Shown here in pieces: positions 17,338 through 27,194 of a stretch of DNA of 64,000 bases (position 1 is the first letter of the stretch; the number at the start of each line of letters is the position of its first letter). The position numbers and the translations under genes were made by a program. The notes under the pieces are model-generated. The model saw nothing but the letters and a program-made list of their open reading frames with translations. It was not told the DNA's origin and did not search any database. The stretch comes from a virus (taxonomy: Duplodnaviria; Heunggongvirae; Uroviricota; Caudoviricetes): positions 1-64,000 of IMG/VR virus record IMGVR_UViG_3300044824_000100; one strand, 5' to 3'.

Positions 17338-18003
17338 TTATTTGTGTCTAGTTTCGGATTTTTTACCCTTGGTATTCTTCTTGGGTGGATCCTTAGTAAT
17401 CTTTTCTTTAGGAGGAGTTACCTCTACTTGATAGAGTTTCATCCTGCTAACCTTGGGCACTCCAACAGCATCAGCGATGCCGAATTTGACGGCTTCCTCA
17501 GCACCCATCCATCTGTTTCTACCGTCTTGATCCTTTATGAGTTTACGTATGGCCTCGTAGCCACCCTTTATCTCGCAGTTCTTTGCTAGTAGTCCCATGA
17601 ACCACCTGTTGAGTCTTTTAACCTCTGCTGCGTCCGAGAACATGTTGTGGACGTCGTCTACCCCGACCCCACCGCTTACTTCATGGACCATAATTCTTGA
17701 GTTTTTACCTACAAACCTAATATCACCATGACTTAGCAGTACAGCACCGCAGCTCATTGCCATGCCGTGGGCTACTGTGATTATGGGGTTAGGAACTTCA
17801 TCCATGGTTTCGATCATTGATGCAAGACAGTCTACCGCACCGCCGTAGCTATGGATATAGACCACTATAGGCCTAAGCGGATCCTTCTTAGATGCTTCTA
17901 ATATCTCCTCTCTGAACTCTATTGCTGCGTCATCTGAGAAGTCAGTGACCCAGATTTCACCTTCGACACCACCCTTACCATCCAACAGTTTGTCTATGTT
18001 CAT
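17338..18003 (-). CDS. ClpP-family serine peptidase (S14-like)
   Basis: IHSYGGAV...MAMSCGAVLLSHG (Ser) ... RIMVHE (His) matches ClpP catalytic architecture. Confidence 0.7.
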   Translation of the reverse strand: MNIDKLLDGKGGVEGEIWVTDFSDDAAIEFREEILEASKKDPLRPIVVYIHSYGGAVDCLASMIETMDEVPNPIITVAHGMAMSCGAVLLSHGDIRFVGKNSRIMVHEVSGGVGVDDVHNMFSDAAEVKRLNRWFMGLLAKNCEIKGGYEAIRKLIKDQDGRNRWMGAEEAVKFGIADAVGVPKVSRMKLYQVEVTPPKEKITKDPPKKNTKGKKSETRHK

Positions 18004-18061
18004 ACCAGTATTGTACTTCCTGAGTTAAGGCCTAACTTAAGACCGTGATAAAATTAAGCCT

Positions 18062-18973
18062 ATGACCAAAGTAGACGAGCTCATTGCCAAGTTTAAAGAG
18101 TTTAAAGAGGAACTGAACAAGGGCAGTACTAACGCGTCCTGCGCTCCAGAGCCTAACGCTACCTCCGGCACAAGCGGCGGCGAAGGCGGCATGTATAGAT
18201 CCGAAGCTATAGATAAGAACTGCGTAGGACCAATGAACATGAGCGAGCACGACGTCAATAAGACGAATAGTCCTGCTGGCCAAGATATGATGGCAATGTC
18301 TACGGACGTTATCAAGTTCGACAAGAACGGTCAGTGGAGCTTAGACAAGAGTGCATTCAAGGCTCTCCAACATAAGATTGAAAGAGAAGGCCACGGCAAA
18401 GATTCAGCTGCAGCTATTACTGCCAGCATAGGCAGAAAAGAGATCGGTCAGAAAGAAATGACAGCAAGATCTAAAGCTGGCATGAACAAGGTCGACCCAC
18501 AAGAGAACATCAACATCCCTCATCCTCAAGGTAAGGCTAAGATGGCTAACGGCGTCAACAAAGAAGACAGCGCCTTGGATGATGGTGTTAACAGAGAAGC
18601 AAACCCAAAACCCCACCTCAGAGATTGTGGCGTTACGGGTAAGCACCGCATGGTTAAGGAAGAGAACATAAAGCTTGGCACCAACCAGCGCGTTGCCAAT
18701 CCTCCAGAGGAAGAAGTCGGCGATTGCCGCGGCAATGTTCACATGGTAAAAGAAGAAGGCACCAACGAGGAAGCTGGCACATCTAGACCCCACAATAAGG
18801 GTAAGTTCAAAGTAATGGACGAAGTAAAAGAAAAGTCTTCTGAAAAAGCAAGCCCAAAGGGAAAACCCTACAACGATAAGGGTGAAATTAAGAAGGGCGA
18901 TAAGGTTCTCGTAGGGACTGGAACTAACGACGAGAACAAGGCTCCAGGTCGTCACTCAGGCTTCGGGATGTAA
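18062..18973 (+). CDS. hypothetical Lys/Glu/Gly-rich protein
   Basis: 303-aa low-complexity ORF, only plus-strand gene in a minus block besides nrdJ/iscA. Confidence 0.45.
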   Translation: MTKVDELIAKFKEFKEELNKGSTNASCAPEPNATSGTSGGEGGMYRSEAIDKNCVGPMNMSEHDVNKTNSPAGQDMMAMSTDVIKFDKNGQWSLDKSAFKALQHKIEREGHGKDSAAAITASIGRKEIGQKEMTARSKAGMNKVDPQENINIPHPQGKAKMANGVNKEDSALDDGVNREANPKPHLRDCGVTGKHRMVKEENIKLGTNQRVANPPEEEVGDCRGNVHMVKEEGTNEEAGTSRPHNKGKFKVMDEVKEKSSEKASPKGKPYNDKGEIKKGDKVLVGTGTNDENKAPGRHSGFGM

Positions 18974-19202
18974 CTCTCGCTCATCTCCAGTTTTACCACA
19001 AGAATTATAGGATCCTTTAGATTCTTTTTAGCTTCTTCTGCTTCCTCACGCGTCGCGTAAGTTTTTATCCAGCTGTAGTTGGATTCAGTACCAAAATATA
19101 AGCAATATCTCGTCAACATTATATCTCCCCGCACTAAATATATTTCTCGTAAACTGTTCGATTTAGACCGCGTCGCCCAGTAAAATATACTTATACTTTA
19201 AC

Positions 19203-21011
19203 ATGACAATCACAAGACACATAAACGGAGCATCAGTGAACAACTTCGTTCCAACAGGCTTTTCCCATACAATATTCAAAGACAGATACGCCTTCACGGA
19301 GACCGAGACGTGGACTGAAGCTTGCGCTCGTGTTGCGCATCAGATGGCCATAGCCGAGATGCCAGAGAAGCAGCAGCAGTACAGAGAGAAGTTCTACTCC
19401 ATCCTATCCTCGAACATGTTCGTACCCGGTGGTCGCATCTGGTACAACTCTGGTCGCACCAATCCTCAACTACTTAACTGCTTTGTCCTAGATCCTAATA
19501 AGGACTCCAAAGAGGGATGGGCCAAGAGCGCATTCAATATGATAATAACCTCCATGACTGGCGGAGGATGCGGTGATGACTTCTCAGATGTGCGTCCGAG
19601 AGGAGCGTCTATCTCAGGACAGAAAGGTGTGGCACCTGGTTCTGTAGAACTTATGCGCCTCATCGACAACTGTGCTGACCCCGTAAGGAACGGTGGGCAA
19701 AGACGAGTTGCACTCATGTTCAGCTTAGATCTTGACCATCCAGACATCGAGGAGTTTCTAAACGCTAAGCTGAATAAAGGCGAACTCACACACGCCAACG
19801 TCTCGGTGAGATCCAGACGAACGAAGGAGTTCATTAAAGCTGTAAAGAATAACGGCGACTGGGAGTTACATTGGAAGGGCAAGTATAAACAAACGGTTAA
19901 GGCAAAAGCCATATGGGACACCATCGTTGCTAATGCATACAACTCAGCTGAGCCTGGGTTCCTCAATTGGGAGCTAGTAGAGAGTGAATCAAATATTTGG
20001 TACATTGAACCTCTGGTTACGACAAACCCTTGCGGGGAGATTGCTCTTTCAGCTTATGACTGTTGCTGTCTTGGTCACCTGGTGCTTACTCGCTTCATAC
20101 GTGATGGGCAGATGGACTACGCCCTACTCGGTAACACGATTCGCACTAGCGTTAGGTTTCTTGATAACGTTCTCTCGGTTAACTCGTATCCTCTTCCCGA
20201 GATGAAGCATAAGTCCCAGCAACTGCGTCGCATCGGCCTCGGGACTACTGCACTCGCTGACACTCTCGCTATACTAGGACTTCGTTACGGCTCCGCAGAG
20301 GGTAATAAGTTCATCGATAAGTTATATCGCTTTATCTCCAAGGCCGCATACGAAGCCTCCATCATGCTTGCCATCGAGAAGGGTGCATTCCCTATGTGCA
20401 ACCCCGAGAAGCACATTGAATCTGGCTTCATGAAGCGCATGCCAGCTAAGATTCGCTCTCTGATCCAGGAGCACGGTATACGCAACTGCTGCATCCTCAC
20501 TCAAGCTCCCACTGGAACTGTATCTATCCTCTCCGGAAACTGCAGCTCAGGCATCGAACCCATGTTTGCCCCTGCTTACGAGAGACGCTATTGGGACAAG
20601 GAAGTTCGCAAGATGGAACTGGTGTTTCATCCCCTATTTGAGCAGTTCATGAAGGAAGGTCGCTCAGTTGATCATTTCATTGGCTCGCACGACCTCTCTG
20701 TCAGAGACCACATGGAGGTCCAAAAGATAGTCCAAAGGCACGTTGACAATGCTGTCTCTAAGACCATCAATATAGCCCACGATTACCCCATCGAAGAGGT
20801 AGAGAAAGTATGGCTGGAATACCTGCCTCATCTAAAGGGCACGACGTTCTACCGGGACGGCACTCGCGGTATGATTGGGACCGATGGCAAGATGGAACCA
20901 CCACCGCTATCCCCGATCCCTATAGACGATGCTAAAGCCCGCTTCAATGAAACTCACAAGACCGAAGCGGAAGCCGTAGACGATTGCACTTCCGGCATGT
21001 GCTCGCTGTAG
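19203..21011 (+). CDS. nrdJ: class II (adenosylcobalamin-dependent) ribonucleotide reductase
   Basis: Active-site TNPCGEI motif, 602 aa, C-terminal Cys pair CTSGMC. Confidence 0.9.
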   Translation: MTITRHINGASVNNFVPTGFSHTIFKDRYAFTETETWTEACARVAHQMAIAEMPEKQQQYREKFYSILSSNMFVPGGRIWYNSGRTNPQLLNCFVLDPNKDSKEGWAKSAFNMIITSMTGGGCGDDFSDVRPRGASISGQKGVAPGSVELMRLIDNCADPVRNGGQRRVALMFSLDLDHPDIEEFLNAKLNKGELTHANVSVRSRRTKEFIKAVKNNGDWELHWKGKYKQTVKAKAIWDTIVANAYNSAEPGFLNWELVESESNIWYIEPLVTTNPCGEIALSAYDCCCLGHLVLTRFIRDGQMDYALLGNTIRTSVRFLDNVLSVNSYPLPEMKHKSQQLRRIGLGTTALADTLAILGLRYGSAEGNKFIDKLYRFISKAAYEASIMLAIEKGAFPMCNPEKHIESGFMKRMPAKIRSLIQEHGIRNCCILTQAPTGTVSILSGNCSSGIEPMFAPAYERRYWDKEVRKMELVFHPLFEQFMKEGRSVDHFIGSHDLSVRDHMEVQKIVQRHVDNAVSKTINIAHDYPIEEVEKVWLEYLPHLKGTTFYRDGTRGMIGTDGKMEPPPLSPIPIDDAKARFNETHKTEAEAVDDCTSGMCSL

Positions 21012-21020
21012 AATGAATAG

Positions 21021-21338
21021 ATGGTAACAGCCACACAAGCAGCCGTAGAGAAGCTAAAGACCCTCAGAGAAGGTGAAAAGGCATTGCGCGTATCAGTTGC
21101 GGGCGGCGGATGCTCAGGACTTAGCTATAAACTTGAGTGGGTCGAACCAGCATCGATAAGCAGCAATGATAAGCTCATGGTTGTGGACGACATCAAGATC
21201 GTCATAGACCCGAAGTCCTACATATATCTGGTTGGCATGGAATTGAACTATACGGACGGCTTAGATGGTGTCGGTTTTTCCTTTGTCAACCCTAACGCAA
21301 AGCGTGTTTGCGGATGTGGAAGTTCCTTCTCTACATAG
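21021..21338 (+). CDS. IscA/HesB-type iron-sulfur cluster insertion protein
   Basis: GGGCSG...GF.F.NPNA...CGCG.SF signature, 105 aa. Confidence 0.85.
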   Translation: MVTATQAAVEKLKTLREGEKALRVSVAGGGCSGLSYKLEWVEPASISSNDKLMVVDDIKIVIDPKSYIYLVGMELNYTDGLDGVGFSFVNPNAKRVCGCGSSFST

Positions 21339-21812
21339 ATAGTCTACTGCCTTGCGAAGCACAGTCACATCATCCTTCATTAGCCCTATACTTCTATTGC
21401 ATCTGTCACATAGCAACCCTCTAACTTGTCCAGTTTTATGGCAGTGATCGACGCACAGGCGTTTCTTTTTAGTTGGCTGAGAGTCACAAACGGCACACTT
21501 ATTCTGCTGTGCTGCCAGTAATTCGTTATAAAACTCTAATGTGATTCCATAGTAGTACTTGAGTCTACTGGATAATAACTTGTCCGGATTAGCTTTAACC
21601 CAATCCCTTGTTCTCTGTTTTTTGAGTTCTTTGTTGTTTTTGCGCCACTTTTTATGGTACTGGCTTAGTGTTTCGGCTTTAGCAACTCGTTCACTAGCCT
21701 TAAATTCGTTAATACATTGACGGCATATATGATTACGTCCATCGCCTTTTGCCTTATTGAAATTAAACTCCGCCACTAACTTTTCTTTTTTACATTTGAA
21801 GCATGTTTTCAT
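21261..21812 (-). CDS. endonuclease VII-type HNH endonuclease (homing-endonuclease-like)
   Basis: LCVDHCHKTGQVRGLLCDRCN matches T4 endo VII family; N-terminal CxxC fingers; AT-rich; 3' end overlaps iscA on opposite strand. Confidence 0.75.
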   Translation of the reverse strand: MKTCFKCKKEKLVAEFNFNKAKGDGRNHICRQCINEFKASERVAKAETLSQYHKKWRKNNKELKKQRTRDWVKANPDKLLSSRLKYYYGITLEFYNELLAAQQNKCAVCDSQPTKKKRLCVDHCHKTGQVRGLLCDRCNRSIGLMKDDVTVLRKAVDYLCREGTSTSANTLCVRVDKGKTDTI

Positions 21813-21845
21813 GATTACACTATATCATGAGTTTAGCTTAAGCGG

Positions 21846-22187
21846 TCAAGGATTTGTGACAGTTTCTCTGTCTAGCCAACGATCCATCCAGTCTTTGGAC
21901 TCCTTCAAGCCTAATCCGTAACTCTTACCCGTTCGCCATGGCGGTCTGGACATTGGTAAGCCTAATGCATGTAAGGTCTTCAACTCCTCGTCATGATCCA
22001 TGATGAACCTCTTAAACCCCAGCTTTCCCAGCAGGATCGTGAGGTTTCTTACCGACTTTCTCATCTCCGAGCATATGGCTATCTGCTGCGGGGTCAGGGG
22101 TTGCTTCCCTGGCGGCCTTCGCCAAGACATCACACCTTTCGTTGTGCTCGTCGCCTGCATGCCCCTTGACCCATCTAGTTTTGGCAT
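21846..22187 (-). CDS. hypothetical protein
   Basis: 113-aa ORF; overlaps RNase H 3' end by 176 nt, so the true start is probably internal. Confidence 0.3.
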   Translation of the reverse strand: MPKLDGSRGMQATSTTKGVMSWRRPPGKQPLTPQQIAICSEMRKSVRNLTILLGKLGFKRFIMDHDEELKTLHALGLPMSRPPWRTGKSYGLGLKESKDWMDRWLDRETVTNP

Positions 22188-22527
22188 TCAGGCTCCTGTA
22201 GAGCTTTCTGAGCTTGAGCATGAGGGGGAGGAGATGCATGGCTTTGCACTGGTATTCTCCGCTAGCATATCCGAGGACAAGTTTAGAGTCGCTAACAAGT
22301 GTAACCTCTGGAACTGAATCGACTCCACCCACTCCTGGAAGGTCATGAGTTGAAACGTATTCAAGTCCGGCAATCGCAGCTGCAATTTCTGCAACATTGT
22401 TAGTAGCCTTAGCAAGGTGCCCCGACCCCTCGGCGACCTTAATTCCACCGACACAGATAACAAATGCAAAACCGCCAGGTTTATCGCCTGTTGTGGCAGA
22501 CCCGTCACTGAACACCTCAACTAACAT
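22012..22527 (-). CDS. rnhA: ribonuclease H (type 1)
   Basis: FSDGSA..., TNNVAEIAA, SDSK, WVKGHAG..NE.CD.LA motifs. Confidence 0.85.
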   Translation of the reverse strand: MLVEVFSDGSATTGDKPGGFAFVICVGGIKVAEGSGHLAKATNNVAEIAAAIAGLEYVSTHDLPGVGGVDSVPEVTLVSDSKLVLGYASGEYQCKAMHLLPLMLKLRKLYRSLNAKTRWVKGHAGDEHNERCDVLAKAAREATPDPAADSHMLGDEKVGKKPHDPAGKAGV

Positions 22528-22534
22528 TAGAACC

Positions 22535-22738
22535 TTATTTAGCTAAAGCTCTCTGCGCTAATGCCTTGCAGTACTCAGCAAGCTTAGCATCGTTGATTTG
22601 CTGACCGCTAGGATCGATGATGTCGTGTGCCATGGTGGCACAACCTTCGACAAAGCCCTTTTGCTCAGCAGCCTTAGAGCCAGAGCATCCAGTCATGAAA
22701 GCCGCAAACACAATCACCAACATTAAACTTTTAAACAT
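22535..22738 (-). CDS. small lipoprotein
   Basis: Signal peptide with MTGC lipobox-like cysteine. Confidence 0.45.
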   Translation of the reverse strand: MFKSLMLVIVFAAFMTGCSGSKAAEQKGFVEGCATMAHDIIDPSGQQINDAKLAEYCKALAQRALAK

Positions 22739-22988
22739 CGCCGTTTTCCTTTATCTTTTCATCTTCGTACTGAGCAACATGTCTTCTGTACAGTTCAAGC
22801 TTGGCCCCTTCTAAGGCCCCAACAGCATCGTTATACATCTGATATGACTCAGGTTTTTGGTTTAGGTATCTATGCGTTAACATAGTTATCAAGTAGTTAA
22901 GTTCACCTGCCGTCTTGATGTCCTGTTCGTCCATCAATCTTACCAGCGGGCTCAATCTTTCTCTATCTTCTTTCTTAATGTATGGCAT
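22731..22988 (-). CDS. hypothetical protein
   Basis: 85 aa, all-alpha by composition. Confidence 0.4.
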   Translation of the reverse strand: MPYIKKEDRERLSPLVRLMDEQDIKTAGELNYLITMLTHRYLNQKPESYQMYNDAVGALEGAKLELYRRHVAQYEDEKIKENGDV

Positions 22989-23033
22989 GCGAAGATTATA
23001 CCGGCTTCATACTTAATGAGGTATAAATAACCC

Positions 23034-23315
23034 ATGCCACTAGTCGGACCTGAAATGAAAGCCAGATTCCAAAGCAGGATATATGCCGGTTTACAGCGCG
23101 TATATACCCAGTACGTCAATCACGGCAACAACTACCTCCCCATAGCTGACCATATGTGGGAACTCTTGGCCGATGCTATCTCCGATATAGCTATCGACAT
23201 AGTGAACGAGATCCACGAGAATGCCGAGGTTGTTCCAGGTCAGCAGGTGGAGACTAAAGACTCAGCAGGCGATACAGGCACCGGCGAGACCATCAGTCCA
23301 GGCAAAATCATCTAG
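23034..23315 (+). CDS. hypothetical protein
   Basis: 93-aa plus-strand ORF at strand switch. Confidence 0.35.
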   Translation: MPLVGPEMKARFQSRIYAGLQRVYTQYVNHGNNYLPIADHMWELLADAISDIAIDIVNEIHENAEVVPGQQVETKDSAGDTGTGETISPGKII

Positions 23316-23681
23316 CTACTTCTCTAGATTTCTGGTCTCTGTGGCAGTCCACCGCGATGGCCTATTCTCATTAGACGCAAAAACCTCCAAAGTATAATCG
23401 GTAGTTATCTCACCCTTCTTGTAGTCCTCGTACTGATTGGGCTTCTTGATAACGGTTGTGCTTATGACGAGGCATTCCCCTATCACACCTTCACCCGGAT
23501 TTTCTTCACGCATAGTGAGGGTGATTTCTTGGTTAGGAATGTCATGGAGTCCGGCTTCGCTTCTCAAGAAGTCAATACCCTCTTTTACCTGTGAATACTT
23601 AAACTTCATATCTCTTAACCCCAAGTATAGAACGTACAAAGTACTCATCTGCCCAAGAGTAACCCTTCTCAAACCTGACAT
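23316..23681 (-). CDS. hypothetical protein
   Basis: 121 aa. Confidence 0.35.
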   Translation of the reverse strand: MSGLRRVTLGQMSTLYVLYLGLRDMKFKYSQVKEGIDFLRSEAGLHDIPNQEITLTMREENPGEGVIGECLVISTTVIKKPNQYEDYKKGEITTDYTLEVFASNENRPSRWTATETRNLEK

Positions 23682-24006
23682 GTATTGACTCCACCACTTC
23701 GAGTGATTGATATATGCCTAACATGTAGTACCGCTTCGTGTCGCTGAACGGCTCCCACCTCCACGTAAACGTCTTTGGGACTTCTCTCCTAAGCTTGAGG
23801 AGCTCAACTCTCATCTTCCCTATGTCGTTCTTGTTCGGCTTGCTCATACACAGGTTCAAGCATCTACTCATAGCCCTCACATACGCGAACCTGTTCCTCT
23901 CGTTGTATATATTTGAGGCCGAATAAGTACACGTAGAGTCGATCAAGATTCTCACCATCTCAGCTATTTCTTTCTTCTGACTCATATGACAACCGCTATA
24001 AGCCAC
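23599..24006 (-). CDS. hypothetical protein
   Basis: 135 aa; overlaps downstream ORF by 83 nt. Confidence 0.35.
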   Translation of the reverse strand: MAYSGCHMSQKKEIAEMVRILIDSTCTYSASNIYNERNRFAYVRAMSRCLNLCMSKPNKNDIGKMRVELLKLRREVPKTFTWRWEPFSDTKRYYMLGIYQSLEVVESIHVRFEKGYSWADEYFVRSILGVKRYEV

Positions 24007-24491
24007 GCCGCATCGGCGGATAGCTCTACGCCATATTCCATGGATACCAGCTCTTTGAGCTTGTTCAAATAACCTCTCATTTTGTCTTTATAAACGTTAG
24101 GATCTTTACCATAGGCGGCGTAGGCGGCGTAGGCGGCGTCGGCGGCATAGGCGGCGTAGGCGGCGTCAGCGGCGTTGGCGTAGGCGTAGGCGGCGGCGTA
24201 GGCGGCGTCGGCGTAGGCGGAGGCGTAGGCGGCGGCGTAGGCGGCGTAGGCGGAATCTACTATCTCCTGAGAAACTTTAGCCCCTGTTTTAACGAACAGT
24301 TCGACTGCTCTAATAGCAGCAACGGAACGTTTATCAGTCATTAAAGGTTCAATGTCTAGGCAACAGTGAAGAGCAAACGATACGCAGATTTGCTGACTAC
24401 AATACGGCAATACTGCCTTAATGATTTCCAGGTCGTCTCTGCTCTGATTATCAAACTCTTTAAGAATAAGGTTTAGGTTATTTTTATTCAT
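23982..24491 (-). CDS. hypothetical protein with (A-A-Y/A-D-A) low-complexity tandem-repeat insert
   Basis: 169 aa; central YAAYAAAYASAYADAAY... encoded by GGCGGCGTA-type repeats. Confidence 0.45.
   Translation of the reverse strand: MNKNNLNLILKEFDNQSRDDLEIIKAVLPYCSQQICVSFALHCCLDIEPLMTDKRSVAAIRAVELFVKTGAKVSQEIVDSAYAAYAAAYASAYADAAYAAAYAYANAADAAYAAYAADAAYAAYAAYGKDPNVYKDKMRGYLNKLKELVSMEYGVELSADAAWLIAVVI
24112..24254. repeat. tandem 6/9-nt repeat (GGCGTA / GGCGGCGTA units)
   Basis: About 140 nt of imperfect direct repeats visible in sequence. Confidence 0.85.
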
Positions 24492-24576
24492 ATTAGCGCC
24501 GATATTTCAATAAATTATACGTTCGGGATCACAGTTTGGGTTTTTATATGTTACAATAACTCCACATGAGGTTATT

Positions 24577-25149
24577 ATGGGAAGAAAATTCAAAGACATA
24601 ACGGGTAATAAGTATGGACTATGGACTGCTCTGAGCAGAGATTTTTCGGACACAAGAGGTTCATACTGGGTTTGCAAGTGCGAATGCGGCAACATTAAAA
24701 GTATCAGGTTGTCATCTTTGGAAGAAGGAGGGTCTGAATCATGCGCCTTACGAGAATGCAAGAGTAAGGTGATTAAGGCGCATGGGGTTGTAAATGCTAG
24801 ACGCATGGAAGATAGAAACCAAGTGCTTATCAACATAGAGTGGAGTATATATAGATCTCAAGCAAAACTCGCTAAGAGAGAGTTTTGCCTGTCTAAAGAG
24901 GAGTTTACTAAGCTTATTACGTCCGATTGTCGTTATTGTCTAAATGCCCCTAATAGGTTATTAGTGGACATGTTCTCAGAAACTACAATGATGGTGCACG
25001 GAGTTGATCGCGTTGACTCTAATAGTGGATATACAAAGCAAAACTGTGTTTCATGCTGTCTAATATGCAATAGAATGAAAAATGCGCTATCAATTCGCGA
25101 GTTTAAGTCTCATATTGGTCAGATTCATACCAACTTAACTAATTTTTAA
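24577..25149 (+). CDS. HNH endonuclease (HNH_3-like)
   Basis: GVDRVDSNSGYTKQNCVSCCLICNRMK signature; AT-rich. Confidence 0.7.
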   Translation: MGRKFKDITGNKYGLWTALSRDFSDTRGSYWVCKCECGNIKSIRLSSLEEGGSESCALRECKSKVIKAHGVVNARRMEDRNQVLINIEWSIYRSQAKLAKREFCLSKEEFTKLITSDCRYCLNAPNRLLVDMFSETTMMVHGVDRVDSNSGYTKQNCVSCCLICNRMKNALSIREFKSHIGQIHTNLTNF

Positions 25150-25306
25150 GTTAGAATAAATGGATGATATGTTATATGTGCAATATAGCTCGCATGGAGC
25201 CTCATGCAGAACTTTTTTTTTTGGATCAAATGCCCTGTATGTTCATACAGTTGTGTATCGCCTGAGTTGAGTCCGGCTAACAAACTACTTGCTGAGCGCA
25301 ACCCGC

Positions 25307-25582
25307 TCACGAGGGAACCCCACATTGAGTCGATTCGACAGGTGAATCGGATTGTTGATGACTGGTTTCGACAAAATACGATATCAACAAGCCAGAAGGC
25401 CACCTCTTCACGTAAACTATAGCATCATCAGGTATTTGTAGCTCAAAGACTCTGAATTCACAGGAGTCTAGGAAGGTATACGTATCTCCAGTAGCAGTTG
25501 CGTAGTCGTAATGGAGGTCTAGGATCCTGATCCCAACCTTCCTCTGCTCATCGTTCATGTAAGCAAACTTAACTATTTTCAT
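25307..25582 (-). CDS. hypothetical protein
   Basis: 91 aa. Confidence 0.35.
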   Translation of the reverse strand: MKIVKFAYMNDEQRKVGIRILDLHYDYATATGDTYTFLDSCEFRVFELQIPDDAIVYVKRWPSGLLISYFVETSHQQSDSPVESTQCGVPS

Positions 25583-25588
25583 AAGTCC

Positions 25589-26038
25589 TCAAAATGGTAG
25601 CGGGATCGATATGCCCGTCGATGCTGAGCCCATATCCACGTGGATCGTGTGGGTGATCGACCTGAATATCGGGTCCCTGAAGTGCTGGTTGATTTGCTTC
25701 TTCACTAGAACAGTATACGCTGCACCACCAACGAGGTATAGTGTACCGGCATTCAGCGGAGTCTCATTGTTGATAATCGTGGTTGCCTTATTTTGTGCAC
25801 TCGAAGTCACGTAGCCAGCAATCCTATCTGTCATGGGTGTGACACCAGTTTGCACCAGGAATGCTTCTTGAGCTTTGAACGCAGCATCGTGGTACACAGG
25901 ATTCTGGTTAACCATGGAATAGAAGATAGGCTGGTTGTTCAAACCTAGAGTATCTGCATGCGAGTAGTGGGAAGACAACACACAGGCTATCAGCAGTATC
26001 AATCCCACTATTCTGATGACTAGTTCACGCTTTTCCAT
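25589..26038 (-). CDS. membrane-anchored hypothetical protein
   Basis: N-terminal TM IRIVGLILLIACVL. Confidence 0.4.
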   Translation of the reverse strand: MEKRELVIRIVGLILLIACVLSSHYSHADTLGLNNQPIFYSMVNQNPVYHDAAFKAQEAFLVQTGVTPMTDRIAGYVTSSAQNKATTIINNETPLNAGTLYLVGGAAYTVLVKKQINQHFRDPIFRSITHTIHVDMGSASTGISIPLPF

Positions 26039-26190
26039 TCTTCCTCTTAGAGGGTTTCTTGTATCGGGAAGAAACTCTATCTAAATAGTCCGGAATATTG
26101 TCATACCGGTCAGAGGGCGCTCTGATTATGTGCAGGCGGACGAGAAAGTTGAGGATGCTATAAGCTGCAAACAATTTATCCGAGCCCATC

Positions 26191-26706
26191 TTACGTGGGC
26201 TTCTTTTTTGATTTCTTTGGCTTTTTGTACTTGAAAAGAGGCATTCCTCTAGGTGACATACACTTCGGCATCTTGACGCCGTTAGGAAGTAGCGGCCTAA
26301 TCTGGTATTTGGTATCTAGGAGGATATTCTCCATCTTCTCGGTGGCGTTCTCGTTTAACTCCTCGCTATTAAATATCACAGCGCTTTCGCTCTGCGCTCG
26401 CTTGCGGTAATTGTTCATCCTCAAGGCGGTAACCTTGGCATAAGCAGGATTTGATTCGCCTATCAACACTATCTTAAAGAATAAGCTAGATTCAGGGTAG
26501 AAGCCGCGCATGATCCAGACCCTTGCAGTTGTCTTAAACATCCTGAAGTTTGGAGGGTGGCAGAACATATTCTGGACTTGCGTAGCGAAGAAGCCTACAA
26601 ACTCGTCCAGGTCTATACCGGCCAAAGAGGCTTGAAGCAGCAACTCAGATGTCACCTTAAGCGTATATTTATGAAGACTTCCGTCCTCATGCGACTCCAA
26701 GCTCAT
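26191..26706 (-). CDS. hypothetical protein
   Basis: 171 aa with basic C-terminal tail. Confidence 0.4.
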   Translation of the reverse strand: MSLESHEDGSLHKYTLKVTSELLLQASLAGIDLDEFVGFFATQVQNMFCHPPNFRMFKTTARVWIMRGFYPESSLFFKIVLIGESNPAYAKVTALRMNNYRKRAQSESAVIFNSEELNENATEKMENILLDTKYQIRPLLPNGVKMPKCMSPRGMPLFKYKKPKKSKKKPT

Positions 26707-26959
26707 TTAACCTCAACTTGTCACTGAATATGAATTGACCCTTGGTTGCGCCAAAGTTTGCTCTACTGTGTCCACTTGCAATCATGTCCACCAATGCTAT
26801 GTCAATTTCTTCATCTGGTACTCCGATACCCATAAGATAGTCGGATGCAGCTTCAATGGTGGGGAATGCTACTGGTTCCGGGTCCTTAGAAGAAGTCACA
26901 GCCCAGCAAACCTTTGAGACCTTGAACAAGTTGGTATCCATAGAAACCTCCACATTCAT
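26687..26959 (-). CDS. hypothetical protein
   Basis: 90 aa. Confidence 0.35.
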   Translation of the reverse strand: MNVEVSMDTNLFKVSKVCWAVTSSKDPEPVAFPTIEAASDYLMGIGVPDEEIDIALVDMIASGHSRANFGATKGQFIFSDKLRLNELGVA

Positions 26960-27194
26960 ATAAGGTCAGGATTTTTCGCTTGCCAGCTCCACAACCCTAT
27001 TATTCATCAACTCTTGGATCTCAAGCTTAGATTGCTGGTTAGTTTGCAGGTCCCTCATCCTTTTAAGGGCATTAAAAGTTTGGTCTGCATTGATCTTCTT
27101 CTGTAGCTGCTCATCTACGGAGACAAATTCCGCTCGTTGTTTGCTCATAAAATCTCCTACTAGATGATATTATACGAAAATCATTTATACCACG

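Noticed and set aside
18032-18324. Two minus-strand ORFs overlapping start of 18062..18973
   Set aside because: Antisense low-complexity shadows of the plus-strand Lys/Glu-rich gene.
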